Assembly (NCBI RefSeq): GCF_963921235.1
Contig: NC_086109.1
Span: forward strand, 17,858,001 to 17,922,000
Direction: 5' to 3'
Source: Mobula hypostoma
Lineage: Eukaryota
DNA length: 64,000 nucleotides
Of this stretch, positions 48,477 through 60,170 are shown in pieces. Made by a program: the position numbers and the translations under genes. Numbering within the stretch: the stretch's first letter is position 1; each line of letters opens with the position of its first letter. The notes under the pieces were generated by a model. The model worked only from the letters and a program-made list of their open reading frames with translations. It did no database searches and had not been told where the DNA came from.

Positions 48477-48904
48477 GTTCTTCTTCCTATAGATACTGCC
48501 TGGCCTGCTGCGTTCACCACCATTTTTTGTGTGTGTTATATGAGGAGAGGGTAGATTTTCCTGTGGCTGCAAAGGAGACTCTAGATTGGTATATTGTCTC
48601 TGTGGGGCTAGGGAGCCCAAGTATTTTATGATTATGCAACATCAGTTACATCATATAAGTTAAGTAACTAATGGAGTTAACATTCCAACATCCCAACAAT
48701 ATCTTCATACAATGATAGCTTATTTGTTTTAGTGACTCTATGCAAGTTTATTAGCACTTTATTCTTTATGGAGTGCAAACTAAAAAGCATATTTCTTTCC
48801 CATTTCTACCAAAGACACAAAAATAGGAGTTACATTTATATAATGACTTCAGGACGTCCCAAAATGCTCTACAACCACTGCAGTACTTATATGCAGGATA
48901 TATA

Positions 48905-49290
48905 GCTACTGGATTAGAGAGATCGCCTTACGAGGGAAGGTTGAGCTATGGCTTTTTTCTTTGGAGTGAGGGAGGATGAGAGGTGACTTGATAGAAGTGT
49001 ATAAGATGATAAAAGGCACAGAGGGAGAGGACAGCCATTTTCCCAGGATGGAAGTGGCTAATACAAGAAGCTATCATTTTACAGTGAATGGAGGAAACAA
49101 TAGAGGGGATGTCAGAGGTAGGTTTTTTACACACAGAGTGGTAAATGCATGGAACATTAGGGACAGCTAAGATACTCTTAGATAGGCACATGGATGAAAG
49201 ACAAATGGAGGGCCATATGAGAAGGAAGGTCACCACCACATCATGGGTTAAAGGGCCTTTACTGTCCTGTTCTGTTCCATGTTCTGCGTT
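48905..49290 (+). mobile_element. CR1 3' end fragment
   Basis: MRGDLIEVYKMIKG..RGRFFTHRVVNAWN (ORF 48976-49170). Confidence 0.9.
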
Positions 49291-50084
49291 TACTGTTTGT
49301 AAATAGGAAGCAGGTAGTCAATGTGCACATAACAAGACATCAGTGAGATAAAGACCAGATAATACATTGGGCTAACCAATAATACACACTGGAAATAATT
49401 CTCATCTTAAAATAATGTCGTGAGATATTTTGCTTGATGGATTCTCTGTTTAATATCACTTTTGTGATTTGACAGTGACTGCTGCATTGAAATATCGGCT
49501 GGAATAGTTATTGAAGCAGTCAGATTGGGACTTGAACCCTCAACCATCTGACTCAGATATGACAGCGCCACCACTGAGCTAACGTTGACACCTGGAAAGT
49601 GTCATCGAAGGGTGTTAGTTCTGACAAACAGTTATGGCAGCAACACCTGATGTCACCAGCTGTTACTTTTTTATTGAACTAAGGCAAAAAAAAAAGACAA
49701 AAAAGAAACACACTGATGAAGTTTAATGCTAGGCCAAGACTTCTGAATGACAGTGCACACTGATTCATCGTTATGAGTAATGGCTACCACTGGCTTCTGC
49801 TCCTATTGTGGAAGTGCCAGTTTGAAACTGGAAAACAATTTGCATCACCCTTCTAGGCAAATCCACACTCAATTGTTCCTGCTCAGAAGATAGCCTCTAA
49901 CAGATAAAGTTGAGAATCCTAGTGGTGAAATTTGCCTTCTGTTACAACAGGTGTACAACAGATGCAATCTCACTGGCTCTTCACTCAGTTTGGAAAGCCT
50001 AGACATAGCAAACATGCTATGTCAGGCTGTTGTTTATTGATCACAGCTTTACGCCTTACTATTAATCAACAAGCTTCAAAAGCT

Positions 50085-50772
50085 GGGCCTTTGTACCTCC
50101 CTCAGCAACTGGATCCTCATCTTCCTCTCTGGGAGACCACAGTCAGTGTGGATCAGAAATAACATCTCCTCATCACTGACAATCAACACACGCACACCTC
50201 AATGTTCTGCTCTCCCTTCCTCCGTGACTGTGTGGCTGGTTGAATGATGTCAACACTCAACAACAACCTTGTATTTAACATCAGCAAAAACAAGGGAAGT
50301 TGTTATGACCTTCAGGGAGAACCAATCCTGATTGAGATGTCCTCGCTGGAAAGGGTGAGCTGTGTAAACATCTCAGAGGATCGATCCTGTTCCAACGTGT
50401 TGATGCAATTATAAGGAAGGTACGCTAGTCGCTCTGCGACATGAGGAATTTGAGGAGATTTTGGTATGTCACCAAAAACTCTTATAAATTTCTGATCGCC
50501 TGCATCATTGCCTGGTATGAAGCTCCAATGCACAGGATCTTAAAAGGCTGCAAGGATTATAGACTCAACCAGGTCCTTCAAGGGCACAACCCTCCCAACC
50601 ATTGAGGATCTCTTCCTGAGGAGGTGCAGCTAAAAAGCGACATCCATCATTAAAAATCTCCTCATTTATTTATTTTCGCAACTTATAGTAATTTTATATA
50701 TCTTGTACTGTACTGCTGCCACACAAGAACAAATTTCACGACATATGTCAGTGACAAAAAAATCTACTTCTG
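50085..50772 (+). mobile_element. Decayed, internally deleted Rex1/Babar-type fragment
   Basis: [36 protein letters not shown] and Rex-type tail ACAAATTTCACGACATATGTCAGTGA. Confidence 0.75.
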
Positions 50773-51783
50773 AAACTTGTGCCAAATTGTGAGTTACTGG
50801 AGCAGAGATTCATTTAAGGGGTACTATATGTAGCCAATGAGTACCTTGATTCATATTCATATTCTGGTTACATAGATACACAATGAAGGAAGGTCTAGAG
50901 AACCTGAACACTATCTTGTCCTGAGCTTGTAGTAATATACATACATCTCACCTAAAGACCAAAGCTGGACAGGAATATAGAAACATCAACACTTGGGTTC
51001 TCTGCATATCAAGATGTGAATTTTGAGAGATTGAAAATGTAGGTGCCAAACTTCTCTAGACATTTTTAGAGTTAACACCGTGTATTCTTTAAACTCAGTG
51101 TGGTGCCTGTATTTGCTGAAATGAGTGGTAAAGCAAAGCCCGGCCTTTGCTTAGTTGACTGTCAAACGATGATAGGATTCAGAATCAAACTGCAGAGGAC
51201 TTCAATGACCTTAGTGCCAGTACTTATATTCAGATTCAAATTCATTTATTTATCACATGAACGTTGAAACATACAGTGAAATGCACAGTTTGCATTATCA
51301 ACCAACACAAACTAAGGATGCACTGGGGGCAGCCCACAAACTGCAAACTGCATGCTCCATGCAAAGTACTGGGTATGTATTGCCCTTTCAAAGACTGAGT
51401 AGGTGGCAATAATAATTCCGCCCTCTAAAGTACATGATTCAACATTAAATTTGGCCCCTTGTACTGTCAATGGTTTACTATTGGTCGATGTTCCTTCGGC
51501 TACCTGGGTGCCAAGCTTCACAATTGCCTTTCTAAACCCTCGTGTTTCTCCCTATCCTTGAAGGTGTTCCTTAAAATCAAACCTCTTTGGTTGAGCTTCT
51601 CATTATACATTGTTTGACTCTCCCTAGTGCTTGACTCTCAATTGTATGATATAATACACAATGCTCCTTTCACGTTCTTAGCACACCTTTAGACCTTTAT
51701 GAAGAATGAAGCACATTTGGTCAACACACATCAAAGTTGCTGGTGAACGCAGCAGGCCAGGCAGCATCTCTAGGAAGAGGTGC

Positions 51784-51819
51784 AGTCAACGTTTCAGGCC
51801 GAGACCCTTCGTCAGGACT
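51784..51819 (-). ncRNA. Minimal type I hammerhead ribozyme motif (intact core, GUU triplet)
   Basis: Minus strand AGUC-CUGACGA-AGGGUCUCGGCCU-GAA-ACGU-U-GACU. Confidence 0.75.
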
Positions 51820-52111
51820 AACTGAAGGAAGAGTGAGTAAGGGATTTGAAAGTGGGAGGGGGAAGGGGAGATCCAAAATGATAGGAGAAGACAGGAGGGG
51901 GAGGGATGGAGCCAAGAGCTGGACAGGTGATTGGCAAAGGGGATACAAGAGGATCATGGGACAGGAGGTCCGGGAAGAAAGACAAGGGGGGGGAACCCAG
52001 AGGATGGGCAAAGGGTATATTCAGAGGGACAGAGGGAGAAAAAGGAGAGTGAGAGAAAGAATGTGTATATAAAAATAAGTAGCAGATGGGGTATGAGGGG
52101 GAGGTGGGGCA

Positions 52112-52330
52112 TTAGCGGAAGTTAGAGAAGTCGATGTTCATGCCATCAGGTTGGAGGCTACCCAGACGGAATATAAGGTGTTGTTCCTCCAACCTGAGTG
52201 TGGCTTCATCTTTACAGTAGAGGAGGCCGTGGATAGACATGTCAGAATGGGAATGGGATGTGGAATTAAAATGTGTGGCCATTGGGAGATCCTGCTTTCT
52301 CTGGCGGACAGAGCGTAGGTGTTCAGCAAA
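52112..52330 (-). pseudogene. PLE GIY-YIG endonuclease C-terminal fragment (frame missed by the ORF track)
   Basis: Manual translation: FAEHLRSVRQRKQDLPMATHFNSTSHSHSDMSIHGLLYCKDEATLRLEEQHLIFRLGSLQPDGMNIDFSNFR*. Confidence 0.88.
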
Positions 52331-52595
52331 GTACTGGGAGATCCTTTTGGTGTTTGTTTGCTATTGCCATATGCAAAATGCAGCAACCAAAAGTGCTTTG
52401 TAAGATCCCATAAGTGGAAATATAATTAACATCAGGATTATCAATTCTTGGACTCTGACTCAGGGATAAATGTTGGTCAGAATATTCGGAGAACATTTTG
52501 TTTCTTCTGTGGATATTGTTACAGAACCACCCAAGATATCTGACAGGGCTTCAGTATAAATGTCAATGTGAAAGATGGTTCTTTTGACAATATCC

Positions 52596-53480
52596 ATGAC
52601 TGTATCGCTACCCACAGCTTAAATCTGCTAATTAAATTTGCCGACGACACTACATTGATTGGCCTTATCTCAAACAATAACGAGGTGGCCTACAGGGAAG
52701 AAGTCATCTCTCTGACACAGAGGTGTCAAGAAAACAACCTCTCCCTCAATGTCACAAAAACAAAGGAGCTGGTTGTGGATTACAGGAAGAATGGAGATGG
52801 GCTAATCCCTATTGATATCAATGGATCTGGGGTTGAGAGGATAAACAGCTTCAAGTTCCTCGGCATCCACATCACCGAGGACTTCATGTGGTCTGTACAC
52901 ACCAGCTGTGTGGTGAAAAAGGCACAACAGCACTCCTTCCACCTCAGACGGTTGAGGAAGTTTGGTATGGGCCCCCAAATCCTAAGAACTTTCTACAGGG
53001 GCACAGTTGAGAGCATCCTGACTGGCTGCATCACTGCCTGGTATGGGAACTGTACCTCCCTTAATTGCAGGATTCTGTAGCGAGTGGTGCGGACAGCCCA
53101 GCGCTTCTGTAGTTGTGAACTTCCCATAATTCAGGGCATTTACAAGGACAGGTGTGTAAAAAGGGCCCGTAGGATCACTGGGGACCCAAGCCACCCCAAC
53201 CACAATCTATTCCAGTTGCTACCATCCGTGAAGCGGTACTGCAGCATAAAAGCCAGGACCAACAGGCTCCGGGACAACTTCCTCCACCAGGCCATCAGAC
53301 TGATGAACTCATGCTGACTTGAGTGTACTCTATGTTACATTGACTGTTCTATTTATTATATATTATTATAAATTACTATGATTGCACATTGCACATTTAG
53401 ATGGAGATGTAACATAAAGATTTTTACTCCTCATATATGTGAAGGATGTAAGAAATAAATTCAATTCAATTCAATTTCAA
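52596..53480 (+). mobile_element. Relatively young Rex1/Babar-type LINE 3' fragment (RT C-terminus, one internal stop)
   Basis: LIKFADDTTLIGLISNNNEVAYREEV..NNLSLNVTKTKELVVDYRK; ORFs 52568-53080 and 53084-53317 are in the same frame; (TTCAA)n tail. Confidence 0.95.
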
Positions 53481-53961
53481 TCAATGCCACAGAGAAGTAT
53501 GAGCCGAAGTTTTATGCTTATATACTGATTGGATCTTAAATCCACTGACTCATATATACACTGAACCAGAATTGGTGACTAAGGACCATTCTGAATGAAG
53601 AGCCACCAGTGACTCATTCTCAGGCTTGAAGCAGAGCCTTCAAGAGAGAGTGAAACGAGGAAAAGAAAGAATTTTCCCCCGCAGACATTATTGTAGACAA
53701 ACTACTTCTGCAGGGAGCTGTATCACGGCGTGTTGCACTACTTTGTACATATCTTTCTGAAACCTTCTGAATGTCGCATGAATTAACAATTCAGAAATTA
53801 GTTTCCCCTTGATAGATGTGTCCTCATGAATTACATAAACATTACATTTAACAAATGGCTCAATATCCTTATGTGATTGGACTAGATTGTGCCTCCTAGG
53901 GTTTAATCTCTGGGCCATATTGAAATAGCTGATTTATTTATTCATTTTCTGGACATTATTT

Positions 53962-54243
53962 GTTTAAATTTTAGAGATAAAGTGCGGAACAAGCCTTTCT
54001 GGTGAGCCGCATCACCCAACAGCCCACCTATTTAACCCTAGCCTAACCACAGGGCTATTTACAATAACCAATTAATTGGTACATCTTTAGAACGTGAAAG
54101 GAATCCAGAGCACTCAGAAGAAACCCAGGCACTCACGGGGAGAAATGTACCAACTCCTTACGGACAGCATCGGAATTGAACTCAGAACTCCGACGACATG
54201 AGCCGTACTAGCATCGCACTAACCCCCATGCCACTGTGGCACA
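53962..54243 (-). mobile_element. V-SINE (HE1-like)
   Basis: Reverse complement aligns with 18624-18915. Confidence 0.85.
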
Positions 54244-54897
54244 CTTATTGGAAAGCCCAGTGCTTGGTGCCCATCTCTAATTGTCCTTGAAAAGGTGAGG
54301 CTGAGCCACCTTATCACAATAGTCCTAAAGGAGAAGGTTCTTCTCTCATATGGCTGAGGAGGAGTTCCAGAATTTATACACAGGAGCAATATTTCCCCAA
54401 ATCAGGATGGTGTGCAGTTTAAAGAAAACACACAGGTGCTGGTGCCCCTGGGCATCTGCTGTGTATTGCCAGATGGTAGAGGTCACAGAATTGGGAGATA
54501 CTACTAACTGGAGTGCATTTTGTTGATAGCGTACACTGCGCACCTCGGATAAGATGACTACAGTCTGGCACTTCTGTATTACTTGCCACTCATCCCCCTC
54601 CATCAGGATTCTGTCTGGGTCTTGCTACGTTGGACATATGGACAGCTCTGCATGAGGTCTGTTTACCATGGCACCTTACTGCAACTCTCGGTCAACCACC
54701 GCAAGGCAGTCATTATCACCTTACCTCTTGGATTTAACTCTTATATCCATGTTTGGACCAGAGCTGTGATGAGATCTGAAACTCAGCATAAAACCTGAAC
54801 TTGGCATCAATGAGCAGGTGAATGGTGAGCAGTCATCACTTGACAACACTTTCTATACAGTTTCTGTCATTTTACTATCATTTCTTAAGGTTGTTAG

Positions 54898-55450
54898 AGC
54901 CCGGGGTGGTAATGGGGACAAGCTTCCACTACCTATTAAATGCTCCCAGTGGTGTGCAACTCAAATCGCCTCTGACAACCTAGTCCAGCTTCTAGACCTC
55001 GTGTGTGGCTTAGCTACTAAGCCCGGTGGAACCATTTCTACTGACAGGAGAAGGGGCGAAGGTGGGTTACTGGTGCCTTAAAACCAGTCGCTTCAGGCAG
55101 ATGGGGCTTGTCAGCTGTGGTTCGATGCTCAGTTAGGAGAAGGAAAACTCTGATCTCTAACCTCTGCTGCCTTGCGGCCACACCCACTCACGGGGAAGGC
55201 TTCGGGAGTAAACCCCGAGGGAAAAATCTGGAGCTGGAGTCCCTAAGGCAGTCCTATGTTGAGTTCAATGCTGACTGGCAACTCCTGCGATGCTGCCGGT
55301 GCCTCACTGCTGTTCCTTTGGGTTTATGAGATGCACGGAGAGGAGGAGCTCACTACATGGGCAATAGCTTGCTGTCCATAGCGTATTGCCTAGGCTGGCG
55401 TGTCCAGACCGCGAGGATGCAATATCCATGGTCAACTCTGACCTACGGAA
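54898..55450 (+). mobile_element. RTE-derived non-autonomous element
   Basis: RTE-5'UTR-like AGGAGAAGGAAAACTCTGA at ~55134; 3' ~110 bp aligns with the type-A SINE tail; no clear TSD. Confidence 0.6.
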
Positions 55451-55810
55451 CCCGTTTTACTTTTGTGAGCAGGACGTGCCCGAGCACCTTTCTCCAGTGT
55501 TACAATCGTGACCAGTTTCACAGCTATTTCTGAAGCAAAGCTGTTCGGTTATACAGCTGCAATGTCCTCTGCTCTCATACCTTTTGTTGTAAGCATCGCT
55601 TTCAGCTGTGTCTTTGGAGTGAATTAAATTTGCTAGAAATTAGATTTTGTGATGGTGGGGGACCACAGGAAGAAATAGAACAGTTCTGATATCAAATTCT
55701 TCATCATTGCTTGAAGCACTTAGACGTTGAGCCGTGCTGTCATTGAAGATGAGAATATTCTTGGATCTTCAATCTTCTGTTTGCCTTTTAGTTGTCAGTT
55801 GCCAGTCATG

Positions 55811-56393
55811 CCAGTGGGGTGAATGGGGTGTCTAGGGAGGGGTAGCACCTCTGGTGGGGGGGGCCTGCCGTGCCCTTTTCAGGGCAGCTCGTCCACCTTT
55901 GGTCCCCACCTGGCGCTCAGCTCTCACCTGTGGCTCCAAGTAGCTGTAACACGTGAAGCGGCCACACCCCGGTAAACCGTCCTGGCAGACCAAACCAGGC
56001 GAGGGTAGCCGACGGGTCTTCGACCCTCGGTGAGGTAGGGGGCCTGCCTGTCCCAGCATGTGAAGTCTGGCCGGGGCGGATTGAGCGGAGGAGACTGATT
56101 AGTGGTCCAACGGTCAAGAAGGCAGGCCCAGCAGGCATGGTGGAGCGCTAAGAGCACGATAAGACACTTAGATGTCATGGTCATCCACTGCAGCAGGAGA
56201 GGTCTCCAGCCGTAACGGTTGTCCGTGCCACTGGATCAAGGTCTCTTCTGCCGAGAGAGTGGGATTGCCCCTGTGCAACGGCTGTTCCACTTAAAACTCC
56301 ATCACGCGCAGGTTTCTATTGTGAGATTCATCTCAGTCCAAATTGATGAACTGCACAACAGTGTGTCTTCTTCGAATCCGAAGGACTGCTACC
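55811..56393 (+). mobile_element. 583-bp GC-rich non-autonomous retroelement, probably RTE 5'UTR-derived
   Basis: Perfect 10-bp TSD GCCAGTCATG at 55801-55810 and 56394-56403; CpG-rich; family assignment is from recalled similarity only. Confidence 0.65.
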
Positions 56394-57117
56394 GCCAGTC
56401 ATGATTAGATGTGATAAGACTGCAGAGCTGTTTAGTTCTTTCTACTGCATGTTGTTTTGTTTTGTGCTGCTTACCATCCATGTGGTCAGTGTTGTAGTTT
56501 ATCTAGATTATCACCTCAAAATTTGTGGGTATGCCCAGTGCTGTTCCGGGAATGGGTTTTTTGCAAGCCCATCGATATGTCGGGCCATGAGGTTACAGAT
56601 CTGGAGATGTCAAAATGTTCTCAATACTTTTACATTCTGTGTTTTTCAAGACAGGTGAAGTCATTCAGAGTTGCTGGTTCTGAATGTAACTAATGCTAAA
56701 TGTTGGTGTGTAAACTTCAGGTACAGCCAGGCTAAAATTTAACCAGAAGGAAAATGAAATGGTCTGTTAACATTTGCAGTTTATTGGTCCTATGAAGAAA
56801 GAGTGAGATGGCTTGCTCTCTGACCTTTAGAGTTTCATCATCATTATGTACCATGTCATATGATAGAGGCGATCATGGTCACTGTGATTGTTCTCGGCAA
56901 ATTTTTCAATAGAAGTGGCTTTCCTTTGCTGCCTTCCAGGCAGTGTCTTTGCAGGTGACGTCAGCCATTATCAATACTCTTCAGAGATGGTCTGGCATCA
57001 GTGGTTGCATAACCACGACTTGTGATATAGAAAACATAGAAAATAGGTGCAGGAGTAGGCCATTCGGCCCTTCGAACCTGCGCCGCTATTTATTATGATC
57101 ATGGCTGATCATCCAAC

Positions 57118-59061
57118 TCAGAACCCCGCCCCAGCCTTCCCTCCATACCCCCTGATCCCCGTAGCCACAAGGGCCATATCTAACTCCCTCTTAAATATAG
57201 TCAATGAACTGGCCTCAACTGTTTCCTGTGGCAGAGAATTCCACAGATTCACCACTCTCTGTGTGAAGAAGTTTTTCCTAATCTCAGTCCTAAAAGGCTT
57301 TGCCTTTATCCTCAAACTGTGACCCCTCGTTCTGGACTTCCCCAACATCGGGAACAATCTTCCTGCATCTAGCCTGTCCAATCCCTTTAGGATTTTATAC
57401 ATTTCAATCAGATCCCCCCTCAATCTTCTAAATTCCAACGAGTACAAGCCTAGTTCATCCAGTCTTTCTTCATATGAAAGTCCTGCCATCCCAGGAATCA
57501 ATCTGGTGAACCTTCTTTGTACTTCCTCTCTGGCAAGGATGTCTTTCCTCAGATTAGGGGACCAAAACTGCACACAATACTCCAGGTGTGGTCTCACCAA
57601 GGCCTTGTAGAACTGCAGTAGTACCTCCCTGCTCCTGTACTCGAATCCTCTTGCTATAAATGCCAGCATACCATTCGCCTTTTTCACCACCTGCTGTACC
57701 TGCATGCCCACTTTCAATGACTGGTGTATAATGACACCCAGGTCTTGTTGCACCTCCCCTTTTCCTAATTGGCCACCATTCAGATAATAATCTGTTTTCC
57801 TATTTTTGCCACCAAAGTGGATAACTTCACATTTATCCACATTAAATTGCATCTGCCATGAATTTGCCCACTCACCCAACCTATCCAAGTCACCCTGCAT
57901 CCTCTTAGCATCCTCCTCACAGCTAACACTGCCGCCCAGCTTTATGTCATCTGCAAACTTGGAGATGCTGCATTTAATTCCCTCATCCAAGTCATTAATA
58001 TATATTGTAAACAACTGGGATCCCAGCACTGAGCCTTGCGGTACCCCACTAGTCACTGCCTGCCATTCTGAAAAGGTCCCGTTTATTCCCACTCTTTGCT
58101 TCCTGTCTGCTAACCAATTCTCTATCCACATCAATACCTTACCCCCAGTACTGTGTGCTTTAAGTTTGCACACTAATCTCCTGTGTGGGACCTTGTCAAA
58201 AGCCTTTTGAAAATCCAAATATACCACATCCACTAGTTCTCCCCTATCCACTCTACTAGTTACATCCTCAAAAAATTCTATGAGATTCGTCAGATATGAT
58301 TTTCTTTTCACAAATCCGTGCTGACTTTGTCCGATGATTTCATCACTTTCCAAATGTGCTGTTATCACATCTTTGATGACTGACTCCAACACTTTCCCCA
58401 GCACCGACGTTAGGCTAACCGGTCTATAATTCCCCGGTTTCTCTCTCCCTCCTTTTTTAAAAAGTGGGGTTACATTAGCCACCCTCCAATCCTCAGGAAC
58501 TAGTCCAGAATCTAACGAGTTTTGAAAAATTATCACTAATGCATCCACTATTTCTTGGGCTACTTCCTTAAGCACTCTGGGATGCAGACCATCTGGCCCT
58601 GGGAATTTATCTGCCTTTAATCCCTTCAATTTACCTAACACCACTTCCCTACTAACATGTATTTCACTCAGTTCCTCCATCTCACTGGACCCTCTGTCCC
58701 CTACTATTTCTGGAAGATTATTTATGTCCTCCTTAGTGAAGACAGAACCAAAGTAATTATTCAATTGGTCTGCCATGTCCTTGCTCCCCATAATCAATTC
58801 ACCTGTTTCTGTCTGTAGGGGACCTACATTTGTCTTTACCAGTCTTTTCCTTTTTACATATCTATAAAAGCTTTTACAGTCAGTTTTTATGTTCCCTGCC
58901 AGTTTTCTCTCATAATCTTTTTTCCCCTTCCTAATTAAGCCCTTTGTCCTCCTCTGCTGAACTCTGAATTTCTCCCAGTCCTCAGGTGAGCCACTTTTTC
59001 TGGCTAATTTGTATGCTTCTTCTTTGGAATTGATACTATCCCTAATTTCTCTGTCAGCCAC
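57118..59061 (-). CDS. CR1 ORF2 C-terminal part: reverse transcriptase (647-codon open frame)
   Basis: NYRPVSLTS, YLDFQKAFDKV, GVPQGSVLG, SKFADD, RPHLEYCVQFW motifs. Confidence 0.95.
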   Translation of the reverse strand: MADREIRDSINSKEEAYKLARKSGSPEDWEKFRVQQRRTKGLIRKGKKDYERKLAGNIKTDCKSFYRYVKRKRLVKTNVGPLQTETGELIMGSKDMADQLNNYFGSVFTKEDINNLPEIVGDRGSSEMEELSEIHVSREVVLGKLKGLKADKFPGPDGLHPRVLKEVAQEIVDALVIIFQNSLDSGLVPEDWRVANVTPLFKKGGREKPGNYRPVSLTSVLGKVLESVIKDVITAHLESDEIIGQSQHGFVKRKSYLTNLIEFFEDVTSRVDRGELVDVVYLDFQKAFDKVPHRRLVCKLKAHSTGGKVLMWIENWLADRKQRVGINGTFSEWQAVTSGVPQGSVLGSQLFTIYINDLDEGIKCSISKFADDIKLGGSVSCEEDAKRMQGDLDRLGEWANSWQMQFNVDKCEVIHFGGKNRKTDYYLNGGQLGKGEVQQDLGVIIHQSLKVGMQVQQVVKKANGMLAFIARGFEYRSREVLLQFYKALVRPHLEYCVQFWSPNLRKDILAREEVQRRFTRLIPGMAGLSYEERLDELGLYSLEFRRLRGDLIEMYKILKGLDRLDAGRLFPMLGKSRTRGHSLRIKAKPFRTEIRKNFFTQRVVNLWNSLPQETVEASSLTIFKRELDMALVATGIRGYGGKAGAGF

Positions 59062-60170
59062 GGGGGCCCTACCTTCCTTGATTTATTCTTTTGCCAAACT
59101 GGGATGAACAATTGTTGTAGTTCATCCATGCAATCTTTAAATGCTTGCCATTGCATATCCACCGTCAATCCTTTAAGTGTCATTTGCCAGTCTATCTTGG
59201 CTAATTCACGTCTCATACCTTCAAAGTTAGCCCTCTTTAAGTTCAGAACCTTTGTTTCTGAATTAACTATGTCACTCTCCATCTTAATGAAGAATTCCAC
59301 CATATTGTGGTCACTCTTACCCAAGGGGCCTTTCACGACAAGATTGCTAATTAACCCTTCCTCATTGCTCAAAACCCAGTCCAGAATAGCCTGCTCTCTA
59401 GTTGGTTCCTCGACATGTTGGTTCAAAAAACCATCCCGCATACATTCCAAGAAATCCTCTTCCTCAGCACCTTTACCAATTTGGTTCACCCAATCTACAT
59501 GTAGATTGAAGTCACCCATTATAACTGCTGTTCCTTTATTGCACACATTTCTAATTTCCTGTTTAATACCATCCCCGACCTCACTACTACTGTTAGGTGG
59601 CCTGTACACAACTCCCACCAGCGTTTTCTGCCCCTTAGTGTTATGCAGCTCTACCCATATCGATTCCACATCTTCCTGGTTTATGTCCTTCTTTTCTATT
59701 GCGTTAATCTCCTCTTTAACCAGCAACGCCACCCCACCTCCTTTTCTTTCATGCCTATCCCTCCTGAATATTGAATATCCCTGAATGTTGAGCTCCCATC
59801 CTTGGTCACCCTGGAGCCATGTCTCTGTGATCCCAACTATATCATAATCATTAATAACAATCTGCACTTTCAATTCATCCACCTTATTACGAATGCTCCT
59901 TGCATTGACACACAAAGGCTTCAGGCGCTCTTTTACAACTCTCTTAGCCCTTATACAATTATGTTGAAAAGTGGCCCTTTTTGATGCTTGCCCTGGATTT
60001 GTCGGCCTGCCACTTTTACTTTTCTCCTTACTACTTTTTGCTTCTACCCTCACTTTACACCCCTCTGTCTCTCTGCACTGGTTCCCATCCCCCTGTTGTG
60101 AACTAACTTCCTCTCGCCTAGCCTCTTTAATTTGATTCCCACCCCCCAACCATTCTAGTTTAAAGTCACC
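59004..60170 (-). CDS. CR1 ORF2 N-terminal part: linker + APE endonuclease (frameshifted at ~59051)
   Basis: LCVNARSIRNK, GITETWL, VYRPPN, MGDFN, ILDWVL, SDHN motifs; frame open from 60170; no ATG before VIMGDFN. Confidence 0.9.
   Translation of the reverse strand, partial: GDFKLEWLGGGNQIKEARREEVSSQQGDGNQCRETEGCKVRVEAKSSKEKSKSGRPTNPGQASKRATFQHNCIRAKRVVKERLKPLCVNARSIRNKVDELKVQIVINDYDIVGITETWLQGDQGWELNIQGYSIFRRDRHERKGGGVALLVKEEINAIEKKDINQEDVESIWVELHNTKGQKTLVGVVYRPPNSSSEVGDGIKQEIRNVCNKGTAVIMGDFNLHVDWVNQIGKGAEEEDFLECMRDGFLNQHVEEPTREQAILDWVLSNEEGLISNLVVKGPLGKSDHNMVEFFIKMESDIVNSETKVLNLKRANFEGMRRELAKIDWQMTLKGLTVDMQWQAFKDCMDELQQLFIPVWQKNKSRKVGPPWLTEKLGIVSIPKKKHTN

Larger units (their letters stand above)
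48080..48537. mobile_element. Young fold-back Penelope insertion (two inverted pLTRs)
   Basis: Arms ~48117-48282 and ~48370-48537 are reverse complements; perfect 13-bp TSD ATATGAGGAGAGG at 48067-48079 and 48538-48550. Confidence 0.92.
51722..52333 (-). mobile_element. Young 5'-truncated Penelope-like element (GIY-YIG C-terminus, pyrimidine-rich 3' UTR, pLTR)
   Basis: Uninterrupted reading frame at 52330-52112 followed by the pLTR with a hammerhead. Confidence 0.92.

Noticed and set aside
48006..48620. Cluster of overlapping ORFs with an apparent internal protein repeat
   Set aside because: Produced by the inverted non-coding Penelope pLTR; low complexity.
59104..59784. 226-aa plus-strand ORF (also 57806-58210)
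   Set aside because: Antisense shadows of the intact CR1 ORF2; no independent coding evidence.
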